Shown here: one piece after another, positions 1-7,744 of the stretch | How positions within the stretch are numbered: the stretch's first letter is position 1 | Layout of the letters: each line of letters begins with the position of its first letter | Origin: Chloroflexota bacterium | GTDB lineage: Bacteria; Chloroflexota; Dehalococcoidia; GIF9; UBA5629 | Reading direction: 5' to 3' | Assembly (NCBI GenBank): GCA_037441105.1 | Contig: JBBISW010000005.1 | Span: 1 to 34,021 of the forward strand | DNA: 34,021 nt | Made by a program: the position numbers and the translations under genes | Notes under the pieces: generated by a model | Told to the model about the DNA's origin: nothing | The model's input: the letters and a program-made list of their open reading frames with translations, nothing else | The model's database searches: none

Positions 1-14
1 CTCCTCGTAAGGAG

Positions 15-575
15 GTGAGGAAAAACATAGTCAAGGAATTACGCGTCAATCGAGAGATTCGAACGAGGGAGGTTCGGCTTATAGGGGAAACTGGAGAGCA
101 AATGGGAGTATTCCCACTGGAAAGGGCATTGCAGATTGCAAATGAGCGTGGTCTCGATTTAGTAGAGGTAGCGCCTACATCAGCTCCTCCTGTGTGTCGG
201 CTTCTTGACTATGGAAGATATAGATATGAGCAGACCAAAAAAGAACGTAAGGCGCGAAAGAGTCAAAAAGGTGCTGTGCTCAAGGAGATTCGAATCAGGC
301 CTAGGGTTAAGGAACATGACCTAGAAACCAAAATCAAAGTGGCCAGGAAATTGTTAGAAGAAGGTGATAAGGTAAAGGTTTTCATATTTTTCCGAGGCCG
401 TGAGGCAACTCATCCAGAAATAGGATTGAAGTTATTGCAGAAAGTGGCAGATAGTTTGAAAGACATTGCTGCGTTGGACGGGACACCGTCATCGGCAGAG
501 CGCTATATGAGCTTGGTGTTTTCGCCGATTTCGAGCAAGCATACTAAGAAAACAGCCGTCGAGGAGCAAGTTTAG
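15..575 (+). CDS. infC: translation initiation factor IF-3
   Basis: ORF 15..575 has IF-3 hallmarks REVRLIGETGEQMGV and APPVCRLLDYGRYRYEQTKKE. It heads an infC-rpmI-rplT operon. The GTG at 15 lies inside the Shine-Dalgarno AAGGAGGTGA (9..18), so the real start is more likely the in-frame ATA at 27. Confidence 0.93.
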   Translation: MRKNIVKELRVNREIRTREVRLIGETGEQMGVFPLERALQIANERGLDLVEVAPTSAPPVCRLLDYGRYRYEQTKKERKARKSQKGAVLKEIRIRPRVKEHDLETKIKVARKLLEEGDKVKVFIFFRGREATHPEIGLKLLQKVADSLKDIAALDGTPSSAERYMSLVFSPISSKHTKKTAVEEQV

Positions 576-779
576 ATGCCGAAGCTTAAGACTCATAAGG
601 GGGCCAAGAGCCGTTTCCACATAACTGGCACCGGCAAGATTATGCGTGTAAAAGGTGGTAAGAGCCATCTAAGGCGTAAGAAGCCATCCAGAACCAAGCG
701 CCTTTACGATGATACGATTCAAGTTCAACCTTCAGATAAGGCTAGGCTAAAGAGACTTTTGCCCTATGGCTTGAAATAA
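576..779 (+). CDS. rpmI: 50S ribosomal protein L35
   Basis: 67-aa very basic protein with the N-terminus [14 protein letters not shown] typical of L35. Its ATG abuts the infC stop (TAGATG). It sits between infC and rplT. Confidence 0.95.
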   Translation: MPKLKTHKGAKSRFHITGTGKIMRVKGGKSHLRRKKPSRTKRLYDDTIQVQPSDKARLKRLLPYGLK

Positions 780-794
780 ATCAGGAGGAGATGA

Positions 795-1154
795 TTGCCA
801 CGAGTTAAAGGCGGTGTAGTTACCCATCGACGACATAAAAAGGTACTGAAGTTAACCAAGGGGCACAGGGCTACCAGACATGCCTTGTATCGGCGAGCTC
901 ATGAGTCTATGCTTCATGCCTTATATTATGCTTATTGCCATCGCCGGGAGCGTAAGGGCGACATGAGACGGCTGTGGATCATTCGGATAAATGCTGCTGC
1001 CCGGGCTGGTGGACTTTCTTATAGTCAATTTATTGATGGCCTAAAGAAGGCTAATGTGGAAATCGACCGCAAAGCACTGGCAGAAATGGCAGTGAATGAC
1101 CCCTCCAGCTTTTCTAATCTATTGGCTTTAGCTTCAGCCAAACTTAAGAGCTAA
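795..1154 (+). CDS. rplT: 50S ribosomal protein L20
   Basis: TTG start at 795 preceded by AGGAGG (783..788). The N-terminus [16 protein letters not shown] and the segment [12 protein letters not shown] are typical of L20. Confidence 0.95.
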   Translation: MPRVKGGVVTHRRHKKVLKLTKGHRATRHALYRRAHESMLHALYYAYCHRRERKGDMRRLWIIRINAAARAGGLSYSQFIDGLKKANVEIDRKALAEMAVNDPSSFSNLLALASAKLKS

Positions 1155-1175
1155 TCCTCCCCTTGCATAGCAAAA

Positions 1176-2216
1176 ATGATACTAAATCAAGTTGAAGAGC
1201 TTGCCTCTAAAGCCTTTGGTGAACTAGACAAAGTCAATGATGCCCAGGAACTTGAGGCTTGGCGAGTTCATTATTTAGGCAGAAAGAGTACCTTCATACA
1301 AACCTTGCGTTCATTGTCAGCATTGCCACTTGATGAAAGGCGTGTAGTAGGAGCTCGGGCCAATGAACTTAAAAAAGCCCTTGAAACCAGCTTGGCTGAG
1401 AAGAAGAGGAGCTTAGAGCAAGGCTTAGCCCTTTCTTTACAGCGCGAAAGCTTGGATATCACTCTACCCGGTCAGCGAGTTCTTCTAGGCCGCCTCCATC
1501 CGACAACTCAAATACTTGATGAGATTTGTGATATTTTCAGTAATATGGGTTTTCAGGTTGTTGAAGGGCCTGAGGTGGAATGGGAGTATTATAATTTTGA
1601 AGCGCTTAATATGCCGGCGGATCACCCGGCTCGAGATATGTTCGCAACGCTGTGGGTGGATTTCAATACTGAGGCTGGTGATAGGTCTATGCTTTTGCGT
1701 ACCCACACCTCTCCAGTCCAGATAAGGGTCATGGAGAAATCACGTCCGCCGATAAGAGTGATAGCCCCAGGGCGAGTATTTAGATATGAAGCCACAGATG
1801 CTACGCACGAATGGATGTTTTATCAAGTTGAAGGGCTTGCAGTAGATACGAATATCACTCTGGCTGACTTAAAAGGTACTCTTTTTGAGTTCGCTCGCCG
1901 CCTTTTTGGCAAGGATAGGAAATGCCGCTTTCGTTGCGACTATTTTCCCTTTGTTGAGCCTGGTGTTGAGGTGGCTATTGATTGCCTGGTGTGTCGGGGA
2001 GCTGGTTGCCGACTGTGTGGCAACAGTGGTTGGATTGAAATCTTGGGTGCAGGGATGGTGCATCCTGAGGTTCTTCGGCGTGTTGATATTGACCCTGAAG
2101 TTTATTCTGGTTTTGCCTTTGGCATGGGTGTGGAGCGTATCCCAATTCTTCGCTATGGTATAGATGATATTCGCCTCTTTTATAGTAATGACCTCAGGTT
2201 TTTAAGACAGTTCTAA
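1176..2216 (+). CDS. pheS: phenylalanine--tRNA ligase alpha subunit
   Basis: 346 aa with HPARDMFATLW, the class II motif 2-like FRYEATDATHEWMFYQVEG and the motif 3-like GFAFGMGVERI. It lies immediately upstream of pheT. Confidence 0.95.
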   Translation: MILNQVEELASKAFGELDKVNDAQELEAWRVHYLGRKSTFIQTLRSLSALPLDERRVVGARANELKKALETSLAEKKRSLEQGLALSLQRESLDITLPGQRVLLGRLHPTTQILDEICDIFSNMGFQVVEGPEVEWEYYNFEALNMPADHPARDMFATLWVDFNTEAGDRSMLLRTHTSPVQIRVMEKSRPPIRVIAPGRVFRYEATDATHEWMFYQVEGLAVDTNITLADLKGTLFEFARRLFGKDRKCRFRCDYFPFVEPGVEVAIDCLVCRGAGCRLCGNSGWIEILGAGMVHPEVLRRVDIDPEVYSGFAFGMGVERIPILRYGIDDIRLFYSNDLRFLRQF

Positions 2217-2250
2217 ATCAGGCTGTTGCCGTGGTTTTGGGAGCTTAAGG

Positions 2251-4656
2251 ATGAAAGTTTCACTTTGCTGGTTGAGAGACTACGTTGGCATCTCTGTACC
2301 CCTTGGGGAGTTGTTTGAAAGGTTGACTATGGCTGGGCTGGAAGTTGGGGGGACGGAGGTAATCGGCGGAAGCTGGCAGAATATAGTAGTTGGCAGAATA
2401 ATTGATGTTAATGCTCATCCGAATGCTGACCGTTTGTGGCTGGTTACTGTTGATTTGGGTAAACAGCAGTCCACTGTGGTTTGTGGTGCGCCTAATCTTA
2501 CGGTTGGAGATAAGATAGCCTTTGCTAATGTGGGAGCTCATCTTATAGATGGTCACAGTGGTGAGCTTGTGCAATTAAAGCCGGCTAAAATTCGTGGATT
2601 TGTTTCCGAAGGCATGGTTTGCTCCGAGAAGGAATTAGGTATTTCCGATAGCCACGAAGGGATTATGGTTCTATCTCAAGAAGCACCTGTTGGTACGCCC
2701 TTGGCTGAATATCTTGGAGATACGATTCTTGACCTGAAAATAACGCCAAACCGTCCTGATTGTCTATCGGTGATTGGTATTGCCAGGGAGATAGCGGCTC
2801 TTACTGGGAACAAGGTGCATATCCCTGAGGTTTATTACCAGGAATTAGAAAAGGCAATAGATTCATTTGCTTCGGTGGAAATTGTCGAGCCCGAGCTGTG
2901 TCCTCGGTATTGTGCCAGTTTGCTTACTGGGATTAAGGTGGTGCCATCGCCTCAATGGTTGCAGCAGCGTTTATTAGCTTGTGGCATGCGACCTATCAAT
3001 AATATCGTCGATATTACTAACTATGTGATGCTGGAGTATGGGCAACCACTTCATGCCTTCGATTATACCCAAATCCGTGGAAAGCAGATTATAGTGCGTC
3101 GAGCAAAAGATGGCGAGACTATAACTACTTTGGATGGAGTTGAGCGGACTCTCAACCCAAATATACTAGCGATTGCCGACAAGGAGCGAGTTGTTGCCAT
3201 TGCCGGCATTATGGGAGGTGCGGATACGGAAGTTACGGCTGATACTACCACTGTTCTGATAGAATCGGCGAATTTCAACCAGGCGGTTATTCATCGGGGG
3301 GGCATTGCTCTCAGGCTAAGCAGTGAAGCTTCGCTGCGTTTTGAGAAGGGGCTTAGCCGAGAGTTGCCGTTAGTAGCGTTGAAGCGGGCTACTCAATTGA
3401 TGGCAGAATTGGCGGGTGGCAAGGTAGCTAAGGGGATTATCGATGCCTACCCGGGGAAGATACAGGGAGAACCTATATTGTTGTCTGCTGCAGATGTTAG
3501 GCGACTACTTGGTGTAGAGATGAGAGTTAGCGAAATAGTAAAGACTTTGGAGTCTTTGGGTTTCAGCTGTGAAAAAGCCGGGTCACCCTCACAAGTTTGG
3601 GTTGAGATTCCATGGTGGCGCACTGATGTCAATTTTGTTGCTGATCTGGCTGAAGAGGTAGCCCGTGTTATTGGCTATGACAAGATACCGACTACTATGC
3701 TAAGCGCGTCTTTGCCAATACATGAGCCAACACCAATGTTGTCTCTGAGGGGACGGCTACGTAGTACCCTTGTCAATTGTGGTTTTCAGGAGGTGCTTAC
3801 TTATTCCTTGACTAGTCTGGAGATGATGAGCAGGCTTTCGCCCGAGCTTTGTCTGAAAGGCCCAACTCCAGTTAAAGTGGCTAACCCTATGTCCAGGGAG
3901 CAAGAATATCTTCGTACCACTCTGCGGTCTGGGCTTCTCTCAGTTTTGGCTCGCAATGAGAGGTATCAGGAGGATAGCATCAGGCTTTTTGAGATTGGGA
4001 GAGTGTTCTTCCCTCGGGAGAGAGATTTGCCTCAGGAGAAGGAGATTCTTTGTGCCGTGCTCAGTGGATTACAGCGTAGGTTGTTCTGGCGAGGTAAAGA
4101 AGAGCCCGTCGATTTCTTTGTTGCTAAAGGGGTAGGGGAAACCGTTTTGTCCCGATTAGGTTTGATGGCGAGCTTTGAGCCAACTGAAGATGAAAGCTTG
4201 TGCCCGGGGAGAAGTGCCAAAATAATCCTTGGTAGCGAGGTGGTAGGTGTTATCGGTGAACTTCACCCTAAGGTATTGGAAGCCCTTGAGCTTTCCGGGA
4301 CTGCGTATCTTATTGAAATCGACTTGGATAAACTGTCATCTTTTGCAGTAAGTGCTAAGAAGTATGAGCCGGTTCCCCGATATCCGAGCACGGCGAGAGA
4401 TATCGCGCTATTGGTGGACGAGCGGATAATCTACCAACAGATTTATGCTATTATTCAGGATTTCCCCTTGGTGAACTCTGTAGCTCTTTTTGACCTTTAT
4501 GTCGGGCAACAGGTACCGGCAGGCAAGAAATCTCTTGCTTTCCGAATTGTCTACCAATCCGCCACACATACCTTGACTGATGAAGAAGTTGACAGTGTCC
4601 AGCAGCAAATTCTTGATAAGTTGCAGCGCGATTTAAGGGCTACCTTGAGGAGCTGA
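2251..4656 (+). CDS. pheT: phenylalanine--tRNA ligase beta subunit
   Basis: 801 aa. The N-terminus MKVSLCWLRDYV is followed by a tRNA-binding domain and a B3/B4 region. The C-terminal anticodon-binding-like domain reads RDIALLVD...SLAFRIVYQS...TLTDEEV. The gene ends in TGA. Confidence 0.95.
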   Translation: MKVSLCWLRDYVGISVPLGELFERLTMAGLEVGGTEVIGGSWQNIVVGRIIDVNAHPNADRLWLVTVDLGKQQSTVVCGAPNLTVGDKIAFANVGAHLIDGHSGELVQLKPAKIRGFVSEGMVCSEKELGISDSHEGIMVLSQEAPVGTPLAEYLGDTILDLKITPNRPDCLSVIGIAREIAALTGNKVHIPEVYYQELEKAIDSFASVEIVEPELCPRYCASLLTGIKVVPSPQWLQQRLLACGMRPINNIVDITNYVMLEYGQPLHAFDYTQIRGKQIIVRRAKDGETITTLDGVERTLNPNILAIADKERVVAIAGIMGGADTEVTADTTTVLIESANFNQAVIHRGGIALRLSSEASLRFEKGLSRELPLVALKRATQLMAELAGGKVAKGIIDAYPGKIQGEPILLSAADVRRLLGVEMRVSEIVKTLESLGFSCEKAGSPSQVWVEIPWWRTDVNFVADLAEEVARVIGYDKIPTTMLSASLPIHEPTPMLSLRGRLRSTLVNCGFQEVLTYSLTSLEMMSRLSPELCLKGPTPVKVANPMSREQEYLRTTLRSGLLSVLARNERYQEDSIRLFEIGRVFFPRERDLPQEKEILCAVLSGLQRRLFWRGKEEPVDFFVAKGVGETVLSRLGLMASFEPTEDESLCPGRSAKIILGSEVVGVIGELHPKVLEALELSGTAYLIEIDLDKLSSFAVSAKKYEPVPRYPSTARDIALLVDERIIYQQIYAIIQDFPLVNSVALFDLYVGQQVPAGKKSLAFRIVYQSATHTLTDEEVDSVQQQILDKLQRDLRATLRS
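4501..4656 (+). repeat. Copy 1 of a diverged direct repeat, formed by the functional 3' end of pheT
   Basis: This segment aligns codon for codon, without gaps, to 6552..6707. I counted 39 mismatches in 156 nt by hand, mostly at third positions. A 26-nt identical core GACAGTGTCCAGCAGCAAATTCTTGA occurs at 4591..4616 and 6642..6667. Confidence 0.85.
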
Positions 4657-4692
4657 TTTATCTGCGACCAGAATTGTTCGAAGGCTTTCCCC

Positions 4693-4715
4693 TTTAAGCA
4701 AAACTTTTGCTTAAA
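4693..4715 (+). promoter_or_regulatory. Perfect 11-1-11 palindrome TTTAAGCAAAA-C-TTTTGCTTAAA, either a pheST terminator or an operator
   Basis: Read directly from the sequence. It lies 37 nt after the pheT stop and is followed by TTTGCG and then a GTTATAAT box (4721..4728). The stem is AT-rich, so terminator strength is uncertain. Confidence 0.35.
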
Positions 4716-4720
4716 TTTGC

Positions 4721-4728
4721 GTTATAAT
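4721..4728 (+). promoter_or_regulatory. -10-like box GTTATAAT upstream of the surface-protein gene
   Basis: A consensus TATAAT lies at 4723..4728, 36 nt upstream of the GTG at 4765. The context AAATTTgcGTTATAATaGGG recurs at 6708..6727. I found no convincing -35. Confidence 0.35.
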
Positions 4729-4764
4729 AGGGTGTGATTATTTACAGGAAGGGGGGAGACAAGC

Positions 4765-6515
4765 GTGAAAGTTAAAGTTTCTGCTCCGGCTCTATGCTTA
4801 GCTTTGCTTTTAGCTCTTTGTTTCGCAGCTCCTGTCCAGGCTGCTGGAATGACTCCAACGGCTGGTGTTGTTGGGACGACGGTGACCATATCTGGATTGA
4901 CAACCGAGCCTTATTCTATTAAGTGGGATGGAGTTGTAATCAAGCAGGGCACACTGCTGGGTGGGGTAGTGTTACATTTACTGTACCTGATGCCTGCGGA
5001 GGTAATCATACTGTCACAGTGGAAAATCCGATTGGTAATTCGGTCTTTATTGGCTCCTTTTCTGTTCTCCCGTCGATAGGCATTAACCCAAACTCAGGTG
5101 TTATTGGCGATTCTGTCACTGTTGAGGGTAAGGGCTTCGCTGCTACTGAAAGCAGCATTAAGGTCACTTATGATGGTACCGATGTAAAGACCGGGGTCAG
5201 TGCTGACAGCAAAGGCTCATGGAGTACGACCTTTGCTGTGCCCAGCTCCGCCAAGGGTAGTCACACGGTTGATGCCTCAAGAAGTACCAATAAGGCGGGC
5301 GATGTTCCCGATGTGACCTTAACAGTCAGTCCAAAAGTCACTCTTAGCCCGGTGTCTGGGGATGTTGGTACTTCAGTTACTGTCAGTGGTACTGGCTTTG
5401 GCAAGGACGAGGGCGGCATTCGAATTACCTATGATGGCACCGATGCAAGGACTGGGGTCAGTGCTGACAGCAAAGGGTCGTGGAATGCCACCTTTGTTGT
5501 TCCTAACTCTATTAAAGGCGTTCATACAATAGACGCTTCAGGTGCTTCGACCAAGGCCGATGAAATTCCTGACGTCACCTTTATTGTCTCCTCTGCTGTG
5601 AGAATTAAGCCGAATTCGGGGTATATAGGTGATAGTATTACCATCGATGGCTGCGGTTTTGGCGGCAGTGAAAGCGGCATAACGGTTACGTTTGATGGTG
5701 GTGTTGTCAAGAGCGATATCGCAGCTAATAGGGAAGGTTGCTGGACCACCTCTTTGGCTATACCTGCCAGTACCGGAGGTAGCCATTTCATAGATGCTTA
5801 TAGTTCTTCGACTACTGCTGTTGATGTTGCTGATGCTAAATTGGCTGTTTTATCGAAAATGGTCATAGAACCTGCTGAGGGCCATGTAGGTTGTGATATC
5901 GTGGTCAACGGCACTGGTTTTGGCGCAGACAAAGAATTAACTATTAAATATGACAATGTTGCTGTGGTTACTAAATTGGTCACTGATGCTAAAGGCAACT
6001 TTCAAGCGAGCCTTAAGGCACCTAAAAGTCTAGGTGGCAAGCATAATTTGACTGCTGCTGATGCCGGTGGTGCCTCAGCCTCGGGTGTTTTTACTATGGA
6101 AACAACTCCACCATCATTACCACAGGTTGTGTCGCCAAAGGATGGAAGTAGGGTAGGCCTTTTCGATCGTGTTGCCCCTACCTTTGAATGGGCCGGTGTT
6201 TCTGACCCGAGTGGTGTTTACTATAGTTTACAGGTATCTTCTTCTCAATCTGACTTTGCGACTACGGTGTTGAGTAAGGAAGACCTGGTTGAGTCTAAGT
6301 ATACTTTGACTGATGCTGAGGCGTTACTTCGAGGAAAATATTACTGGCGAATTAAAGCTGTAGATGGTGCCGGTAATGATAGCGGCTGGACCACACCAAT
6401 ACTTGTTAAGGTTGGACTTATGCCACTATGGGCGTTCATACTTGTCGTCGTTATTGCCGTCGCTTTTATAACTCGATTGGTTTTCTTTTTGCGGAGTGTC
6501 AGAAGGGGGCACTAG
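4765..6515 (+). pseudogene. Frameshifted cell-surface protein with a signal peptide, five IPT/TIG-like repeats of about 86 aa, an FN3-like module and a C-terminal TM anchor
   Basis: ORF 4765..5079 encodes the signal peptide MKVKVSAPALCLALLLALCFAAPVQAAG and the first half of repeat 1, up to IKWDGVVIKQGT. The repeat continues in the -1 frame of ORF 4923..6515 as GWGSVTFTVPDACGGNHTVTV. This indicates a 1-nt deletion, or an assembly error, near 4950..4960. The C-terminus has YYWRIKAVDGAGNDSGW, then the TM segment LWAFILVVVIAVAFITRLVFFL and a basic tail RSVRRGH. Confidence 0.8.
5076..6100 (+). repeat. In-frame tandem coding repeats with a period of about 258 nt (86 aa)
   Basis: Repeat units start near 5076, 5334, 5592 and 5850. 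Units 2 and 3 are also similar at the DNA level, for example GGGGTCAGTGCTGACAGCAAAGG at about 5193 and about 5451. The consensus is xPxSGxVGxxVTVxGxGF...IxxTYDG...GSW...F.VP.S.KG.HT.DA. Confidence 0.8.
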
Positions 6516-6551
6516 AGAGAGCTTCATCGAGCAAGTTCACATTTCCTTAAA

Positions 6552-6707
6552 GTTGGTGAGCAAGTGCCGGCCGGTAAGAAATCCCTTGCTTTCAGGGTTG
6601 TCTATCAGTCATCTACACATACCCTGACTGATGAGGAAGTCGACAGTGTCCAGCAGCAAATTCTTGAGAGGTTAGCGCGAGAGCTGGGAGCGGCGTTAAG
6701 GAATTAG
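6552..6707 (+). pseudogene. Orphan pheT 3' fragment (copy 2 of the repeat) with no start codon
   Basis: It translates to VGEQVPAGKKSLAFRVVYQSSTHTLTDEEVDSVQQQILERLARELGAALRN followed by a stop. The real pheT C-terminus reads VGQQVPAGKKSLAFRIVYQSATHTLTDEEVDSVQQQILDKLQRDLRATLRS. No pheT sequence lies upstream of the fragment. Confidence 0.85.
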
Positions 6708-6730
6708 AAATTTAGGTTATAATTGGGGCC

Positions 6731-7273
6731 ATGATAACTCAAAAAACCAAGAATCTCTATCTATATCTGGCTCTAGTCTGTTTTGCTGGTATTCTGGCTA
6801 TATTTGCGGTTGATGGTTATTTGGGTGTTTATGACATAGTCTATGTAACAGCTCAAGAGCATGAGCAGAAGATAGAACCTGATTATTGGCAGCAACCTTG
6901 GGTAAAGGAACAAGGTTATGGAATGGGAACCTCGTGGGGAGAGTCGGTTTATTTTAAGTACAAGATTGAGAACCGAACCTTTTCGATTTATGAAGCTGAG
7001 GTTGAAGCCTCGATCTGGAAAAGCGGTGAAAAGATGAAACAGCTGTTGGATGAAAACATCTCGGTAGCTCCATTTAAGGACGTAGTAGTGGATTGGAAGT
7101 TGCGGCCTGAGGACCTGGGGGAAGCAGATCTGGGGCCCGGAGGATATAGAGAGTACACTGTGCGGATCAGACTCGGTGGAATAGAGCGGAAGATAATCAT
7201 GAGCTATCATCGTGAGGTACCCATGTATCCTGAGAAAGGAGTGCCGCAGCCTGTTCCAACACCAAGCAGATGA
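6731..7273 (+). CDS. Hypothetical membrane-anchored protein with an N-terminal TM segment and a soluble domain
   Basis: 180-aa ORF with the TM segment LYLYLALVCFAGILAIFAV followed by a charged, beta-rich-looking domain. The antisense ORF 6773..7210 has a poor composition. A TATAAT at 6718..6723 ends only 7 nt before the ATG. I recognise no family. Confidence 0.6.
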   Translation: MITQKTKNLYLYLALVCFAGILAIFAVDGYLGVYDIVYVTAQEHEQKIEPDYWQQPWVKEQGYGMGTSWGESVYFKYKIENRTFSIYEAEVEASIWKSGEKMKQLLDENISVAPFKDVVVDWKLRPEDLGEADLGPGGYREYTVRIRLGGIERKIIMSYHREVPMYPEKGVPQPVPTPSR

Positions 7274-7288
7274 CGAGGTATTAAGCGT

Positions 7289-7462
7289 ATGAGAATTTAT
7301 ATCCTGTATGGTTTTGGTATTTTATTGTGCATTTCAGGGGTTGGTTATTTAGCGGCGGAGTACATTAAATACCTATCTGAGCCGGGTAAATTAGCTAGTT
7401 TGGCTCTAACCACAGCTATGTTCGCTCTATTTGGGAAATATTTCGATGAGAGAGGTTGGTGA
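7289..7462 (+). CDS. Hypothetical small membrane protein (57 aa)
   Basis: I translated this by hand as MRIYILYGFGILLCISGVGYLAAEYIKYLSEPGKLASLALTTAMFALFGKYFDERGW. It has two hydrophobic segments. It is below the ORF-track size cutoff. It ends in a TGA that is in frame with the next ORF. Confidence 0.4.
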   Translation: MRIYILYGFGILLCISGVGYLAAEYIKYLSEPGKLASLALTTAMFALFGKYFDERGW

Positions 7463-7465
7463 TTG

Positions 7466-7714
7466 ATGGGAGCAGTGGCAGTAATTGCCTCTTTGGCTTT
7501 TATCGGCTGGTTGATTTGGCGAGCGGTTGGAAGAAAGCCGATTAAAGCTCATTTGGTAAGTTACATTCTTTCCTGTATCGCAGGAGCTTTTACCTTTACC
7601 TTCTTTCTGAGCATGGACTTGCCAGAGGTGGTAAAGATACTGGCCTCTATTGTCCTGGGTGGTGTGCTGATATTTATGGCTGCCTGGTTTCAAAGACGTG
7701 TCAAACCAAGCTAG
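7466..7714 (+). CDS. Hypothetical small membrane protein (82 aa)
   Basis: The ORF track lists 7463..7714 (TTG), but an ATG at 7466 is the likelier start. The product MGAVAVIASLAFIGWLIWRAV... has three hydrophobic segments. The antisense ORF 7427..7729 looks spurious. Confidence 0.5.
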   Translation: MGAVAVIASLAFIGWLIWRAVGRKPIKAHLVSYILSCIAGAFTFTFFLSMDLPEVVKILASIVLGGVLIFMAAWFQRRVKPS

Positions 7715-7731
7715 ACTTGACTTTGTCAAGT
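7715..7731. terminator. Short hairpin ACTTGAC-TTT-GTCAAGT between convergent genes
   Basis: A 7-bp perfect stem lies directly after the stop at 7712..7714 and 14 nt from the end of the minus-strand gene at 7745. The flanking T/A tracts are weak. Confidence 0.3.
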
Positions 7732-7744
7732 TTGCTAACTTTGT

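Noticed and set aside
15-17. GTG at 15 as the infC start codon
   Set aside because: The codon is embedded in the 10-nt SD AAGGAGGTGA (9..18). A start codon cannot also be the ribosome-binding site, so the in-frame ATA at 27 is better placed.
5076-6100. Regular repeats of about 258 bp that might be mistaken for a CRISPR-like or satellite array
   Set aside because: The repeats are in frame, lie inside a long ORF and diverge mainly at the DNA level while conserving a protein motif pattern. They are protein domain repeats, not a CRISPR array, and there is no short repeat/spacer structure.
4923-6515. The ORF-track entry as an independent 530-aa gene starting at GTG 4923
   Set aside because: Its first 50 aa are the second half of an IPT-like repeat whose first half, together with the signal peptide, lies in the upstream ORF in another frame. 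It has no signal peptide or RBS of its own. I interpret it as the downstream part of a frameshifted gene.
6773-7210. 145-aa minus-strand ORF inside 6731..7273
   Set aside because: It is antisense to an ORF with a plausible TM-plus-soluble-domain architecture. It lacks an RBS and looks compositionally random.
7427-7729. 100-aa minus-strand ORF overlapping the small membrane-protein genes
   Set aside because: Its composition (rich in S, Q, H and K, with no hydrophobic pattern) looks like an antisense shadow. The plus-strand frames encode clean TM segments and show stop-start coupling.
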